Source of the DNA: Candidatus Sericytochromatia bacterium | GTDB taxonomy: Bacteria; Cyanobacteriota; Sericytochromatia; S15B-MN24; UBA4093 | DNA: 64,000 nucleotides | Reading direction: 5' to 3' | Assembly (NCBI GenBank): GCA_036676985.1 | Contig: JAKFBU010000028.1 | Span: forward strand, 27,664-91,663 | Shown here: positions 38,981-48,078 of the stretch, in pieces | Layout: the number at the start of each line of letters is the position of its first letter | Position numbering within the stretch: position 1 is the first letter of the stretch | The notes under the pieces: generated by a model | Told to the model about the DNA's origin: nothing | Database searches by the model: none | Seen by the model: the letters and a program-made list of their open reading frames with translations, nothing else | Program-made: the position numbers and the translations under genes

Positions 38981-39709
38981 ATGCGTCAACACGTGGCAGC
39001 ACTTATCGTCGCCGGATCGTTTGCCCTCATGACGGGCTGCGCCTTGATTCCGGGCATGGCCGGCACGGGCAACGCGACGGGCACCATGAACGTCGGCTTC
39101 GCCGGCGAGGGCTACGCGGTCCAGGCCGTCACGCTCGCGGCGCCGAGCGGCCTCACCTTCACCAAGGTGGCTTTCCAGCCCACCAAGATCGAGCTTCACT
39201 ACGCGGGGGACGTGGCGGCGAGCGCTCCGGTTCCCGATGACGTCAAGGGCGAGACCTCGGACCAGAGCGCGCTGAACGCCTCGGACGAGGGCGACGCCAA
39301 CGCGGCGGCCAACGACGGCAGCTGGATCACCCTGCCCGTCGAGAACGCGGCGGCAGTGGACCTCGTGGCCCTCGGTAACCAGGTCGTCTCGTTCGGCGAG
39401 GAGCCCCTCAAGGTCGGCCGGTACGACCAGATCCGCCTGTCGGGCGGCGGCACCTACGAGGCCGTCGATGCGAGCGGTTCGGTCCAGACGGGCAGCTACA
39501 CCCTGCCCTCGGGCCGGCTCTACATCAAGCAGGGCTTCGAGATTCGCCAAGGCTACAAGACCGACCTCAAGTACGCCTTCGATGCCAAGCAGTCGATGGT
39601 GATCACGGGCAACGGCAAGATCCTGCTCAAGCCCAACGCGGTCAAGGTCTTCGCGGACTACAGCCCGGAGGCTCCGGCGGCCACGCCCTCGGCGACCCCC
39701 GCGTCCTAG
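38981..39709 (+). CDS. DUF4382-like lipoprotein
   Basis: MTGC lipobox; VDLVAL, GRYDQIRL, LPSG, FDAKQS...GNGKILLKP. Confidence 0.75.
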   Translation: MRQHVAALIVAGSFALMTGCALIPGMAGTGNATGTMNVGFAGEGYAVQAVTLAAPSGLTFTKVAFQPTKIELHYAGDVAASAPVPDDVKGETSDQSALNASDEGDANAAANDGSWITLPVENAAAVDLVALGNQVVSFGEEPLKVGRYDQIRLSGGGTYEAVDASGSVQTGSYTLPSGRLYIKQGFEIRQGYKTDLKYAFDAKQSMVITGNGKILLKPNAVKVFADYSPEAPAATPSATPAS

Positions 39710-39723
39710 CTCCAAACGCTCGC

Positions 39724-39752
39724 AAGCGGCCCGCGCACGACGCGGGCCGCTT
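39724..39752. terminator. Hairpin between the convergent lipoprotein gene and nurA
   Basis: aagcggcccgcg-cacga-cgcgggccgctt. Confidence 0.65.
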
Positions 39753-39781
39753 GTCGTTCGGGGGGCTCTCGGGGGATGGAC

Positions 39782-40942
39782 TTAGCGGCGCCGCTGCTTG
39801 GAAAGCGCCTTCTTAGAGAAGCGCAGGGGCACGTTGCGCGCGGCGAGGAAGTCCTGGAGCGCCCGGTAGAAGGCCTCGCGATCGCTCATGGTGAGCACCG
39901 CCGTGGCGTCCGCCGCCGCGAGCGTGTAGGGGTAGCCGCCGCCCGCGATGACCTCCGCGCGCACCACGTCCAGCACCTCGTCCAGGCGTCCGTCCTCCAG
40001 GAGCCACAGCGGGTACTCCAGCCGGGCCGGAGGGGCGTCGGAGTTGGTCTTGAGGTAGCAGAAGCCAATCTTGCGGCTCCACTCGCCGTAGGCGTCGAGG
40101 ATCCCCTCGCGGGCGCAGATGGCGGTGGGGGTGCGATCGCCCCACCCCAGCCGATCGGCCAACAGCGCCCCGTCCGAGACCCCGCCCTGAGCTCCGAGGC
40201 CCGCGTAGGCGGCGATCATGGAGGCCAGGTCGTGGGCGTAGGAGGTGTCCACGTAGGCGATGAGGGGCACCCGCCGGGCCTCGGCCGCCTTCAGGAGGTC
40301 GAGCACGAGCTCCACGTAGCGGCGGGCGAAGGCGTCCTGCTTGCGCTTCTCGGCGAAGGAGACCACCAGGCTGCCGTCGAAGAAGGCCACCCGGTTCGGG
40401 GACTCGGCCGCTTCGTCCAGGTACCGCCTCAGGGCCGCCACCTCGAGCTCGAAGCGGGCGAGGTCCACCTTGCGCTTGGGTGGGCCGATCTCGTCCTCGC
40501 GCAGATCGCCCGGCCCCAGGACCCGCATGTCCACGTCCTTGCGGTAGCTGTCGCCGGTGGGGCGATGCAGGTTCTCGAACCAGCCCACCTGGATGAGGGC
40601 CGCGGGCACCGAGAAGCGCTTGTCGGGCTCGATCTGGCTGCCGTCCGCCGCGAACGTCGGTCGCCCCTCGAGCACGCCGAGCGCCCAGGCGCGGGCCGCC
40701 GGATGGTCCGTCCAGACCATGTCGAAGGGGATCCGCCCGCCCCGGTCCCACTCGTCGGTCGGCAGGGCTCCCGGACTCTCGAGGTTGGAGAGGGCGCGCA
40801 GCAGCGCCTCGTAGCCAACGCTCCCGATCTGATCGAGGGTCTTGGTCAGGAGGCCAAGGCGGTTGGTGAGCTCGGCGTCGAACTGATCGAACGAGGCGGC
40901 CTGCTCCTCGAGCGCGGCCAGGAGGCGATCCCGGAAGAGCAT
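39782..40942 (-). CDS. nurA: NurA-family nuclease
   Basis: FAADGSQI, FELE, FFDGSL, RLEYP and GYPYTLAAAD; proximity to herA. Confidence 0.88.
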   Translation of the reverse strand: MLFRDRLLAALEEQAASFDQFDAELTNRLGLLTKTLDQIGSVGYEALLRALSNLESPGALPTDEWDRGGRIPFDMVWTDHPAARAWALGVLEGRPTFAADGSQIEPDKRFSVPAALIQVGWFENLHRPTGDSYRKDVDMRVLGPGDLREDEIGPPKRKVDLARFELEVAALRRYLDEAAESPNRVAFFDGSLVVSFAEKRKQDAFARRYVELVLDLLKAAEARRVPLIAYVDTSYAHDLASMIAAYAGLGAQGGVSDGALLADRLGWGDRTPTAICAREGILDAYGEWSRKIGFCYLKTNSDAPPARLEYPLWLLEDGRLDEVLDVVRAEVIAGGGYPYTLAAADATAVLTMSDREAFYRALQDFLAARNVPLRFSKKALSKQRRR

Positions 40943-40943
40943 G

Positions 40944-42197
40944 CTAGGCGTCGAGCAACGACTCGACCGGGGGCGCGAAGAGGAGCGCCTCCTCGGGGAT
41001 GCCCTCCGGCACCACGAGGCTCTGGCCCTCGAGGGCGCGGATCCCGTCCAGGTAGCCCTGATCGATGTACTGGGAACGGGCCTTGTCGTCGAAGAAGCCG
41101 TCGAAGACGTCGCCATTCAGGCACGGCGACGGGAACACGGGCACCAGGCGCACGATGCGCCGTTCGAGGAAATCGTCCAGGCTCTTGTAGCCTGCTGCCA
41201 GGGCCAGGGCCTCGTTGTGGGCGTTCCGGAGGATCTGGCCCGAGCGACCCCGCTTCATGAGTTCATGGAGGCGCGCGATCTTCTGGTTCTGCTGCAGGAC
41301 CTTCCGGAAGTTCTGGACCACGAAACGGCCGGCGAGCATCGAGAAGACGCGGCCCAGGACCCCATAGAGGGTGTCGGGCTCCTTCTCGGGGCGATCGACC
41401 ACCGTCACGGCCGAGACCACGAGCACCGTGTCGATCTCGGGATCCATCTTGATGCACCGGCCGATGGGCGCGTTGTCCATCAGGCCGCCGTCAAAGAGCA
41501 AACCGCCCGTCTCCTCGTCCCGGGTGGGCGGAAAGACGAACGGAAAGGAGCTGGAGGCCTCGATCATGCTCGCGAGGCGCGGGAACATCTCGTCCCACTT
41601 CGCGGCATCGAGGCCCTGGTCCCAGATGAAGTCCTCGAAGTGCGAGTAACGGGTCTTGAGGTCCATCCCCTCCAAGAGGGAGGTCGATCCCATGAGATCG
41701 GTGGCGACCAGGCTCAGCTTCACCGGCCGGCGGATCACGTGCGGCGGGCGGATATAGTCCTCGACCATCTGCCGGATGAAGTGGTGGGAGATGAGGGAGG
41801 CGAAGTCGCCGCGGATGAGCTGCTCGAAGGCAAAGAGCGAGTCGAAGCCGATCCGGGGCCGGTACTGGCGGCGCAGGGGGTCGACGCCGATGCGAGTGAA
41901 GAGGGTGCGGAGGTTGCGGCGCTCGAGCTCGTCGCCATCCATGCGGCCGAAGCCGTGGAAGAGGTTGTTGGCGTTCACGGACTCGCGCCAGTGGTAGGCG
42001 AGGTCCTGCTCGACCGTCTGGGCCGTGAACTGGCCGGTGGCAATCATCTGGGCCGCGAACACGCCGTTGATGGCGCCCGCCGAGATCCCCACGATGGCGT
42101 CCGGGTAGACCTGGTGCTCCGCGAGGGCCTTGAGCACGCCCGCCTCATAGGCCCCCTTGGCTACGCCACCGCACAGGACCAAGCCAATCTTGCCCAT
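40944..42197 (-). CDS. Patatin-like phospholipase
   Basis: LCGGVAKGAY, GISAG nucleophile elbow, ASSSFP and DGG; stop is 1 nt before the nurA ATG. Confidence 0.9.
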   Translation of the reverse strand: MGKIGLVLCGGVAKGAYEAGVLKALAEHQVYPDAIVGISAGAINGVFAAQMIATGQFTAQTVEQDLAYHWRESVNANNLFHGFGRMDGDELERRNLRTLFTRIGVDPLRRQYRPRIGFDSLFAFEQLIRGDFASLISHHFIRQMVEDYIRPPHVIRRPVKLSLVATDLMGSTSLLEGMDLKTRYSHFEDFIWDQGLDAAKWDEMFPRLASMIEASSSFPFVFPPTRDEETGGLLFDGGLMDNAPIGRCIKMDPEIDTVLVVSAVTVVDRPEKEPDTLYGVLGRVFSMLAGRFVVQNFRKVLQQNQKIARLHELMKRGRSGQILRNAHNEALALAAGYKSLDDFLERRIVRLVPVFPSPCLNGDVFDGFFDDKARSQYIDQGYLDGIRALEGQSLVVPEGIPEEALLFAPPVESLLDA

Positions 42198-42454
42198 GAT
42201 TCCTACCTCCGAGCGAGCGCCATTGCTTGCAAGTCCATTGTACCCAGACGTTTACCAAATGCGACCGCCAGGCCCATCGCCCCTTGCGAGCGCCGATTGC
42301 AACTTGTGACATGCGACAGGAATTTCTTCGAGATGTTGTACACCTTTTGCCCCTTGCAGGCTCTTGGTGGCGAGAGGCTGGTCTCATGCGCAACGAACGC
42401 TCGCATCAAGAACGATTTGGCATCCGTTGTGCGGCTTGTTCCCGGCTCCTAGTA

Positions 42455-42488
42455 TTGACCTGCCTCAGTCGAGGCGTTTGTTGCTCAA
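42455..42488. promoter_or_regulatory. Dyad TTGACCT-N20-TGCTCAA upstream of paralog B
   Basis: Same left half-site, same spacing and nearly the same distance to the start codon as 36267-36300. Confidence 0.45.
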
Positions 42489-42536
42489 GGTCTCGATGAA
42501 GGCGTCACGGCCCAGTGGGCCAGGAGGTTTCTAGAG

Positions 42537-42998
42537 ATGAAACGTGCGACCTGGATGGTAGCCGGTTTGACCGTTCTCGCGACCGGCTGTTCCACAACCG
42601 CCCCGACGGCTAACCAGACTGATCCGGCTCAGCCGCCGGCCCAGATCTCGCCGGAGCGCAGCGTGCTCGCCGACGGCACGACCACGGCCACCCAGCTCCT
42701 GTCGAATCTTCCCAAGCGCCTGACCTTGGCGGAAGGCGATCGCCTCTTGGTCGATCTGCCGGCCGACAAGATCAGGGGTAACTTGCAGCTTGGCGAGGAT
42801 AGCCGCCAAATCCAGCAGTGGCGGGGCCGCTATCGCTACTACGGCTATCGTAGCTACTACTATCCCTATTACCGCTATGGCTCCTACTACTATCCGTACT
42901 ACAGCTACTACCAGCCGTACTACTCCTATCCGTACTACTACGGCTACGGCTCCTACTACTATCCTTACCGTTACTCCTATCGCCGCTACTGGTGGTAA
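42537..42998 (+). CDS. Lipoprotein with Tyr/Arg-rich C-terminal tail (paralog B)
   Basis: ATGC lipobox; leader shared with 35623; 31 Tyr in the last 60 aa; ends YWW. Confidence 0.85.
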   Translation: MKRATWMVAGLTVLATGCSTTAPTANQTDPAQPPAQISPERSVLADGTTTATQLLSNLPKRLTLAEGDRLLVDLPADKIRGNLQLGEDSRQIQQWRGRYRYYGYRSYYYPYYRYGSYYYPYYSYYQPYYSYPYYYGYGSYYYPYRYSYRRYWW

Positions 42999-43011
42999 CA
43001 AGCCAGGGGGT

Positions 43012-43045
43012 GGGCAGGGCGCGGGACTGCTCCCGCGCCCTGCCC
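43012..43045 (+). terminator. Terminator hairpin
   Basis: gggcagggcgcggga-ctgc-tcccgcgccctgccc. Confidence 0.7.
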
Positions 43046-43131
43046 TTCACGTTCGACTATCGAGTCTTTCATCCGCCCGTAACACGGCCCCATTAGCCTG
43101 AAGGGGTCACATCGGGTAGAAGGAGGGACTC

Positions 43132-43338
43132 ATGGACCTGGAGGTCCGCGAACTGGACCAGCTCGTACACGTGCTCGTGATCGCGACGGTGATGCTCGCG
43201 CTCATGGCGATCGGCCTGTACGGGGCCGACCTGCGTCACCACTTCGAGCGGACGGCCGTGTCACCCGCCGCGGAGCCCGCCGTCCCGGCCTCGGATCGCG
43301 ACGCTGTGTTTCGCGCACTCGTGAGCGACCTACGCTGA
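43132..43338 (+). CDS. Small membrane protein
   Basis: AAGGAGG RBS; one TM helix. Confidence 0.55.
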   Translation: MDLEVRELDQLVHVLVIATVMLALMAIGLYGADLRHHFERTAVSPAAEPAVPASDRDAVFRALVSDLR

Positions 43339-43410
43339 AGCCCGCGCCATGCGTGTTAAAATGACGTTTTGTCCGCTACGGCAGGCGGAGAAGACGGAAG
43401 GGGCGCGCGC

Positions 43411-44460
43411 ATGGGCAAGAAGGTGGCCATCGGGCTGAGCGGAGGCGTGGACAGCGCCGTCGCCGCCCATCTGCTCATTCAGGCGGGACACGAGGTCATC
43501 GGGGTCACCTCGCTCAACTACGCCGAGTCGCGCTGTTGCGACGCCCGCTCCGTGTTCGAGGCCAAGCGCGTCGCCGAGTTCCTGGGCTTTCCCTACCACA
43601 CCATCGACGTCATCCTGCCCTTCAAGCAGAAGGTCGTGGAGACGTTCAAGGAAGGCTACAAGGCGGGCCTCACGCCCAACCCGTGCACGGTGTGCAACGC
43701 CGAGGTCCGCTTCGAGGAGCTCTTCGACGAGGCCGAGTGGCGCTACGGCGTGGAGGCGATCGCCACGGGCCACTACGCGCGGGTGCGCCGGGATCCCGAG
43801 ACGGGGCGCCACCAGCTCCTGCGCGGCAAGGATCCCTCCAAGGATCAGTCCTACATGCTCTACCGGCTGGATCAGCGCCAGCTCGCTCGGGTGCTCTTCC
43901 CCCTCGGGGAGATGACCAAGGCCGAGACGCGGGCGATCGCCGAGGAGCTCGGCCTGTCGGTTGCCAAGAAGCCGGACAGCCAGGACGTCTGCTTTGTCAT
44001 GGGCGACACGCTCGGCTTTTTGCAGCGCGAGATCGGCGACCAGCTGTCAGAGGGCCCCATCGTGGACCTGGCGGGGAAGGTGCTCGGCGCACACCAGGGC
44101 ATCGCCTACTACACGGTGGGCCAGCGCAAGGGGTTGGGGCTTACGAGCCCGCACCCGCTATACGTGGTGCGCCTGGAGCCTGCGACCAACACGGTGGTGG
44201 TGGGGCCACGCGAGGCGGTCTTCGTCGACTCCCTGGAGGCCCGCGAGGTGAACTGGGTGTCCTGGGCGCGTCCGGACGAGCGGTTCCGGGCCGAGGTCCA
44301 GATCCGCTACCGCACCGCACCGGCTCCGGCGTGGGTCTCGCCCACGGCCGAGGGGATCCGGATCGACTTCGACGAGGGGCAGTTCGCAGCCTCTCCGGGC
44401 CAGGTGGCGGCCGTCTACGTGGGCGACCTCTTGGTGTGCGGCGGGATCATCACGGCATAA
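43411..44460 (+). CDS. mnmA: tRNA-specific 2-thiouridylase
   Basis: SGGVDS, TPNPC..CN, ATGHY, KDQSY, DSQDVCF, YTVGQRKG and PGQ. Confidence 0.95.
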   Translation: MGKKVAIGLSGGVDSAVAAHLLIQAGHEVIGVTSLNYAESRCCDARSVFEAKRVAEFLGFPYHTIDVILPFKQKVVETFKEGYKAGLTPNPCTVCNAEVRFEELFDEAEWRYGVEAIATGHYARVRRDPETGRHQLLRGKDPSKDQSYMLYRLDQRQLARVLFPLGEMTKAETRAIAEELGLSVAKKPDSQDVCFVMGDTLGFLQREIGDQLSEGPIVDLAGKVLGAHQGIAYYTVGQRKGLGLTSPHPLYVVRLEPATNTVVVGPREAVFVDSLEAREVNWVSWARPDERFRAEVQIRYRTAPAPAWVSPTAEGIRIDFDEGQFAASPGQVAAVYVGDLLVCGGIITA

Positions 44461-44510
44461 AGGAACCGTTCGTCTTTCGACCAGGCTCAAGACGAACGGA
44501 TGATTGTGGG
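44461..44510 (+). repeat. Dispersed ~50-bp palindromic repeat copy
   Basis: aggaaccgttcgtctttcgaccaggctcaagacgaacggatgattgtggg. Confidence 0.85.
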
Positions 44511-44538
44511 AGTGTAGCGTCGGTTCAGGGCCGAAGGC

Positions 44539-45000
44539 TCAAGCCTTGGGCGGCAGATCGACCGATTCGCCCCGCTGCCGCAGCAGGTCGAGGGCCTGCT
44601 CGACGGTCTCGCGCTCGCTCTTGTAGGTAAGGGCCGGCAACGCCAGGTCGATGGGCCACCAGCGCGCGTCGTCCACTTCCTGGTTCGGAATGCCCATGGT
44701 CCCGCCCGTGTGCTTCAGCAGGAAGAAGTGCACGGTCTTGTGGACCTTGACCCCCTCCTCCTTGGCGAAGAACCAGTAGGAGATTTCACCGATTCGCTCG
44801 ACGACGTCACCTTCGACCCCGGTTTCTTCCTGGACCTCGCGCGCGGCGGCCTGCTCGAGCGTCTCGCCCGCCTCGACACGGCCCTTGGGCAGCGCCCAGA
44901 CGCGCCCACCGCGAATCGCGATCAGCGCAATTTCGAGCTTGCCTTCATGGTGTCGGTAAACGACGCCTCCAGAAGAAACCTGGTGTTTGACCTTGGCCAA
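44539..45000 (-). CDS. NUDIX hydrolase
   Basis: WALPKGRVEAGETLEQAAAREVQEETG Nudix box; TTG start inferred. Confidence 0.92.
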   Translation of the reverse strand: MAKVKHQVSSGGVVYRHHEGKLEIALIAIRGGRVWALPKGRVEAGETLEQAAAREVQEETGVEGDVVERIGEISYWFFAKEEGVKVHKTVHFFLLKHTGGTMGIPNQEVDDARWWPIDLALPALTYKSERETVEQALDLLRQRGESVDLPPKA

Positions 45001-45104
45001 TGGGACGTTCCCATCCTTTCGTTCTCCCCATCTTAACATCCGGCAATCGAGCCGACCAGCCGCGATCGCAAGACACGCAGCCGCAAGGGCCCTAGAATGG
45101 GAGC

Positions 45105-45728
45105 ATGTCCGCTCATCGCTACCTCATGCTCAACAAGCCCTTCGACGTCCTGAGCCAGTTCTCGGGCGAGAACCCCGCCGAGACCCTCAAGGGCTACGTC
45201 GATGTTCCCGGCGTCTATCCGGTGGGTCGCCTGGACAAGGACTCCGAGGGGCTCTTGCTGCTCACGGACGACGGCGGCCTCGCCCATCGCCTGACCGACC
45301 CGCGCTTCGAGCACCCCAAGACCTACCTGGTCCAGGTGGAGCGCGTCCCCGACGAGGCCGCCCTCGACCTCCTGCGTACGGGCGTGGTCATCGAGGGTCA
45401 GCGGACCCTGCCCGCGGAGTTCGACCTCCTGGCCGAGGAGCCCGACCTGCCCGAGCGCCCCAAGCCCGTGCGCTTCCGCAAGAACGTGCCCACGGCCTGG
45501 CTCCGGGTCGTGCTGCGCGAGGGACGCAACCGCCAGATCCGCAAGATGACGGCCAACGTGGGGTTTCCCACGCTGCGCATCTTCCGCATCGGCCTGGGGC
45601 CGCTGAGACTGGGCGATCTGCCGGTCGGTCAGTGGCGCGACCTAACGCCCGAGGAGGTCACGAGCCTCCGGGCGCTCGCCAGAGAGAAGAGGCCGTTCCG
45701 GCCCGGACGGCGCAAGCGGGCGGATTAG
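45105..45728 (+). CDS. rRNA pseudouridine synthase (RsuA/RluE family)
   Basis: NKP, GRLDKDSEGLLLLT, KTYLVQV and EGRNRQIRKM. Confidence 0.92.
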   Translation: MSAHRYLMLNKPFDVLSQFSGENPAETLKGYVDVPGVYPVGRLDKDSEGLLLLTDDGGLAHRLTDPRFEHPKTYLVQVERVPDEAALDLLRTGVVIEGQRTLPAEFDLLAEEPDLPERPKPVRFRKNVPTAWLRVVLREGRNRQIRKMTANVGFPTLRIFRIGLGPLRLGDLPVGQWRDLTPEEVTSLRALAREKRPFRPGRRKRAD

Positions 45729-46174
45729 GCGAGGGGCCTCACCACGGCGTCGCCCTGGAAGCTCTCGCCGTCCGGGCCTTCGATGGCCGCGCGGATGTCC
45801 GCGGGGATCTGGACGGGCCGGCCCTCGCGGTTGACGACCACGTGCGCCGTCCACCCCTCGGCCACCTGCTGCTCGCCGCGGTACACCCGGTACTCGAAGC
45901 GGAACGAGCGGCTGCGCAGCTCGGAGATGCGCGAGACGATCGTGAGCTGGTCGTCGTAGCGGACCGGGGCCATGTAGCGGGCATTCACCTCGGCCACCAC
46001 CACGAAGGCCCCCTCGTCCTCCATGCGGTTGTAGTCGAAACCGATGGCCCGCAGGTAGTCTCCGCGGGCGACCTCGAACCAGACGATGTAGTTGGCATGG
46101 TAGGCGACGCGCTGGGCGTCGGTCTCGGCGTAGCGCACGCGTAGGGTGCTGCGGACTTCTCGGGCGAGCGTCAT
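45725..46174 (-). CDS. Acyl-CoA thioesterase (YbgC/4HBT family)
   Basis: RVRYAETD..VAYHANY..WFE.AR. Confidence 0.9.
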   Translation of the reverse strand: MTLAREVRSTLRVRYAETDAQRVAYHANYIVWFEVARGDYLRAIGFDYNRMEDEGAFVVVAEVNARYMAPVRYDDQLTIVSRISELRSRSFRFEYRVYRGEQQVAEGWTAHVVVNREGRPVQIPADIRAAIEGPDGESFQGDAVVRPLA

Positions 46175-46320
46175 GGGGCCTCCTTTGGTCGTCACCTATT
46201 ATAGCGCCGGCATGCGGCGACAATCACACGCCGGGTGTTGCCCCAGCCACGCTTAGGACGTACCTGGACGGGTAGGAAGTGGATGCGGGCCGAGCGGCCG
46301 CTGCAGAGGAGGTAGCAAGG

Positions 46321-47850
46321 ATGCATAGACGCGTTGGACTCACGCTGGCACTCGGCATGTCGGGGCTCTTGGCCCTGTCGGCCTGTACTCCGGCACCGGT
46401 CGGCTCCCCCCAGGGAGCGGCCGGTTCGACGCCCGCACCCTCGCTGACGGGCGTCACGGTCACGGGCAGCCTCCCCACCAGCGGCAAGGTGCTCCTGATC
46501 GAGACTTCGACCAGCGAGGCCACCCTCGTGGCGGTCCAGGACGGCAAGTTCACGAGCGCCCTCAAGCCCGGCAAGTACGCCGTGGCCCTGGTGGACGCCA
46601 ACAACCAGCCCGCCGGCCTCTTGATCCAGGACAACGCGAGCATCTTCGACCTGAAGGCGAGCACCGATCTCGGTGCCTTGAGCTGGGATGCCAACGCCCG
46701 GACGCTCACGACCGTGGCCCCCTTGACCACGGTGGCCCCCCTCACGACCGTGGCCCCCTTCCTCGTGGCGCCCTGGCGCACGCTGGCGGCCGCAAGCCTC
46801 GACCTCTCGGACATGGTCAGCCTCCGCCCCGAGGACACGGTCCAGCAGGCCAAGGCCATCGACGTCTCCAAGGTCCTCACGAGCCAGTACGCCGATGCGG
46901 ACGGAGACCTCGTCCCCAACTTCCTGGACAACGACAACAATGAGAACGGCCTCTTCGACAACGAGGAGGGCCTCGATCTCGCGAGCGTGCGCCTCGATCC
47001 TCCGACGGACACGGCCCTGCTGGCCGAGCTGAAGATGCTCAGGCCCATTGTCTTCGACAACCTCAAGCTCGACGCGGGCGAGCCCGGGGACGGCGACAGC
47101 CAGCCCCACACCGCGCGCCACGTGCTCGCCATCCACCTCGGGGTCTCGAACGCCCTCGCCAGCCAGATCGACAAGGTCGAGATCAGCGGCCTGCCGGCGT
47201 TCGCGGACGGCACCATCGTCGAGAAGGCCGGCGGGTGGAGCTTCCCGAGCGGCTACCCGACCACCGGCAGCGCCTGGTCGGCGACAGGCCATGCGCTCCC
47301 CCTGGCCGATCAGGGCGGTCAGAAGATCTACGCCCTGTGGGTCAAGCCCAAGACCGATCCGACGCCCGCGGTGATGCAGTACAAGATCACCCTCAAGTCG
47401 GGCACGGTGGCCTACCTCACCACGCGCCTCTTCTACGTCTTCAACACGCCCGCCAAGGTGACGGAGATCAACGGGACGGCCGTCTCCTACCCCATCGCCG
47501 CCTCGGCCCCCGGCACCCGCAACAACTGGCTGCCCATCCCGTCCGCGGCGACCACGATCACCATGAAGGCCCAGCGCCCCCTCACGACGGCGGGCGGAGT
47601 GCCCATCTACGGGATGGGGGTGCAGGCCCACATCTTCTACCTCGACTCCTCGGGCAACCAGATCGGCAGCCAGATCACCAACCCGGTGCCCGACACCGCC
47701 TACTCGCAGCCGCTGGAGATCAGCCTGTCGCGGGCGACCTACTTCCCGACCATCCACGACGGGAAGAGCGTTGCGGGGTACCAGGTCGACTTCACGGTCA
47801 TCGGCAGGCACGGCGACAACACGGCCCAGATGTTCTGGCTCGAGAACTAG
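46321..47850 (+). CDS. Hypothetical lipoprotein with (LTTVAP)3 and Ca-binding-like DxDxD motifs
   Basis: LSAC lipobox; 3x18-bp repeat at 46705-46758; DADGDLVPNFLDNDNNENGLFD. Confidence 0.8.
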   Translation: MHRRVGLTLALGMSGLLALSACTPAPVGSPQGAAGSTPAPSLTGVTVTGSLPTSGKVLLIETSTSEATLVAVQDGKFTSALKPGKYAVALVDANNQPAGLLIQDNASIFDLKASTDLGALSWDANARTLTTVAPLTTVAPLTTVAPFLVAPWRTLAAASLDLSDMVSLRPEDTVQQAKAIDVSKVLTSQYADADGDLVPNFLDNDNNENGLFDNEEGLDLASVRLDPPTDTALLAELKMLRPIVFDNLKLDAGEPGDGDSQPHTARHVLAIHLGVSNALASQIDKVEISGLPAFADGTIVEKAGGWSFPSGYPTTGSAWSATGHALPLADQGGQKIYALWVKPKTDPTPAVMQYKITLKSGTVAYLTTRLFYVFNTPAKVTEINGTAVSYPIAASAPGTRNNWLPIPSAATTITMKAQRPLTTAGGVPIYGMGVQAHIFYLDSSGNQIGSQITNPVPDTAYSQPLEISLSRATYFPTIHDGKSVAGYQVDFTVIGRHGDNTAQMFWLEN

Positions 47851-48078
47851 CTCCGGATCCGGACGGGGCCCGCTTCGGCGGGCCCCGTTGACATGAGAGG
47901 CCTCGCTGGCGGAAGATGGGCTCGCCAGCGCTTGGCAGGAGGAGGTGCTTATGGTCCTTGTGTTCGAGACCCCCAGCAATCCGTACCGAGGACCACAGGC
48001 GCGCGCCCTGTCCTAGGCAGACGCTCCTCGCACGTCCAGGAGCCGCCGCCTGTGGTCGTTTGACTGCAGGAGGTTCCG

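Noticed and set aside
40944-42197. CBASS with a patatin effector
   Set aside because: No CD-NTase cyclase or cap genes recognisable in the window
35623-42998. Mobile or invertible cassette bounded by the inverted paralogs, or a RiPP cluster
   Set aside because: No recombinase, target duplication or clear compositional shift; the paralogs are diverged; no RiPP maturase is adjacent
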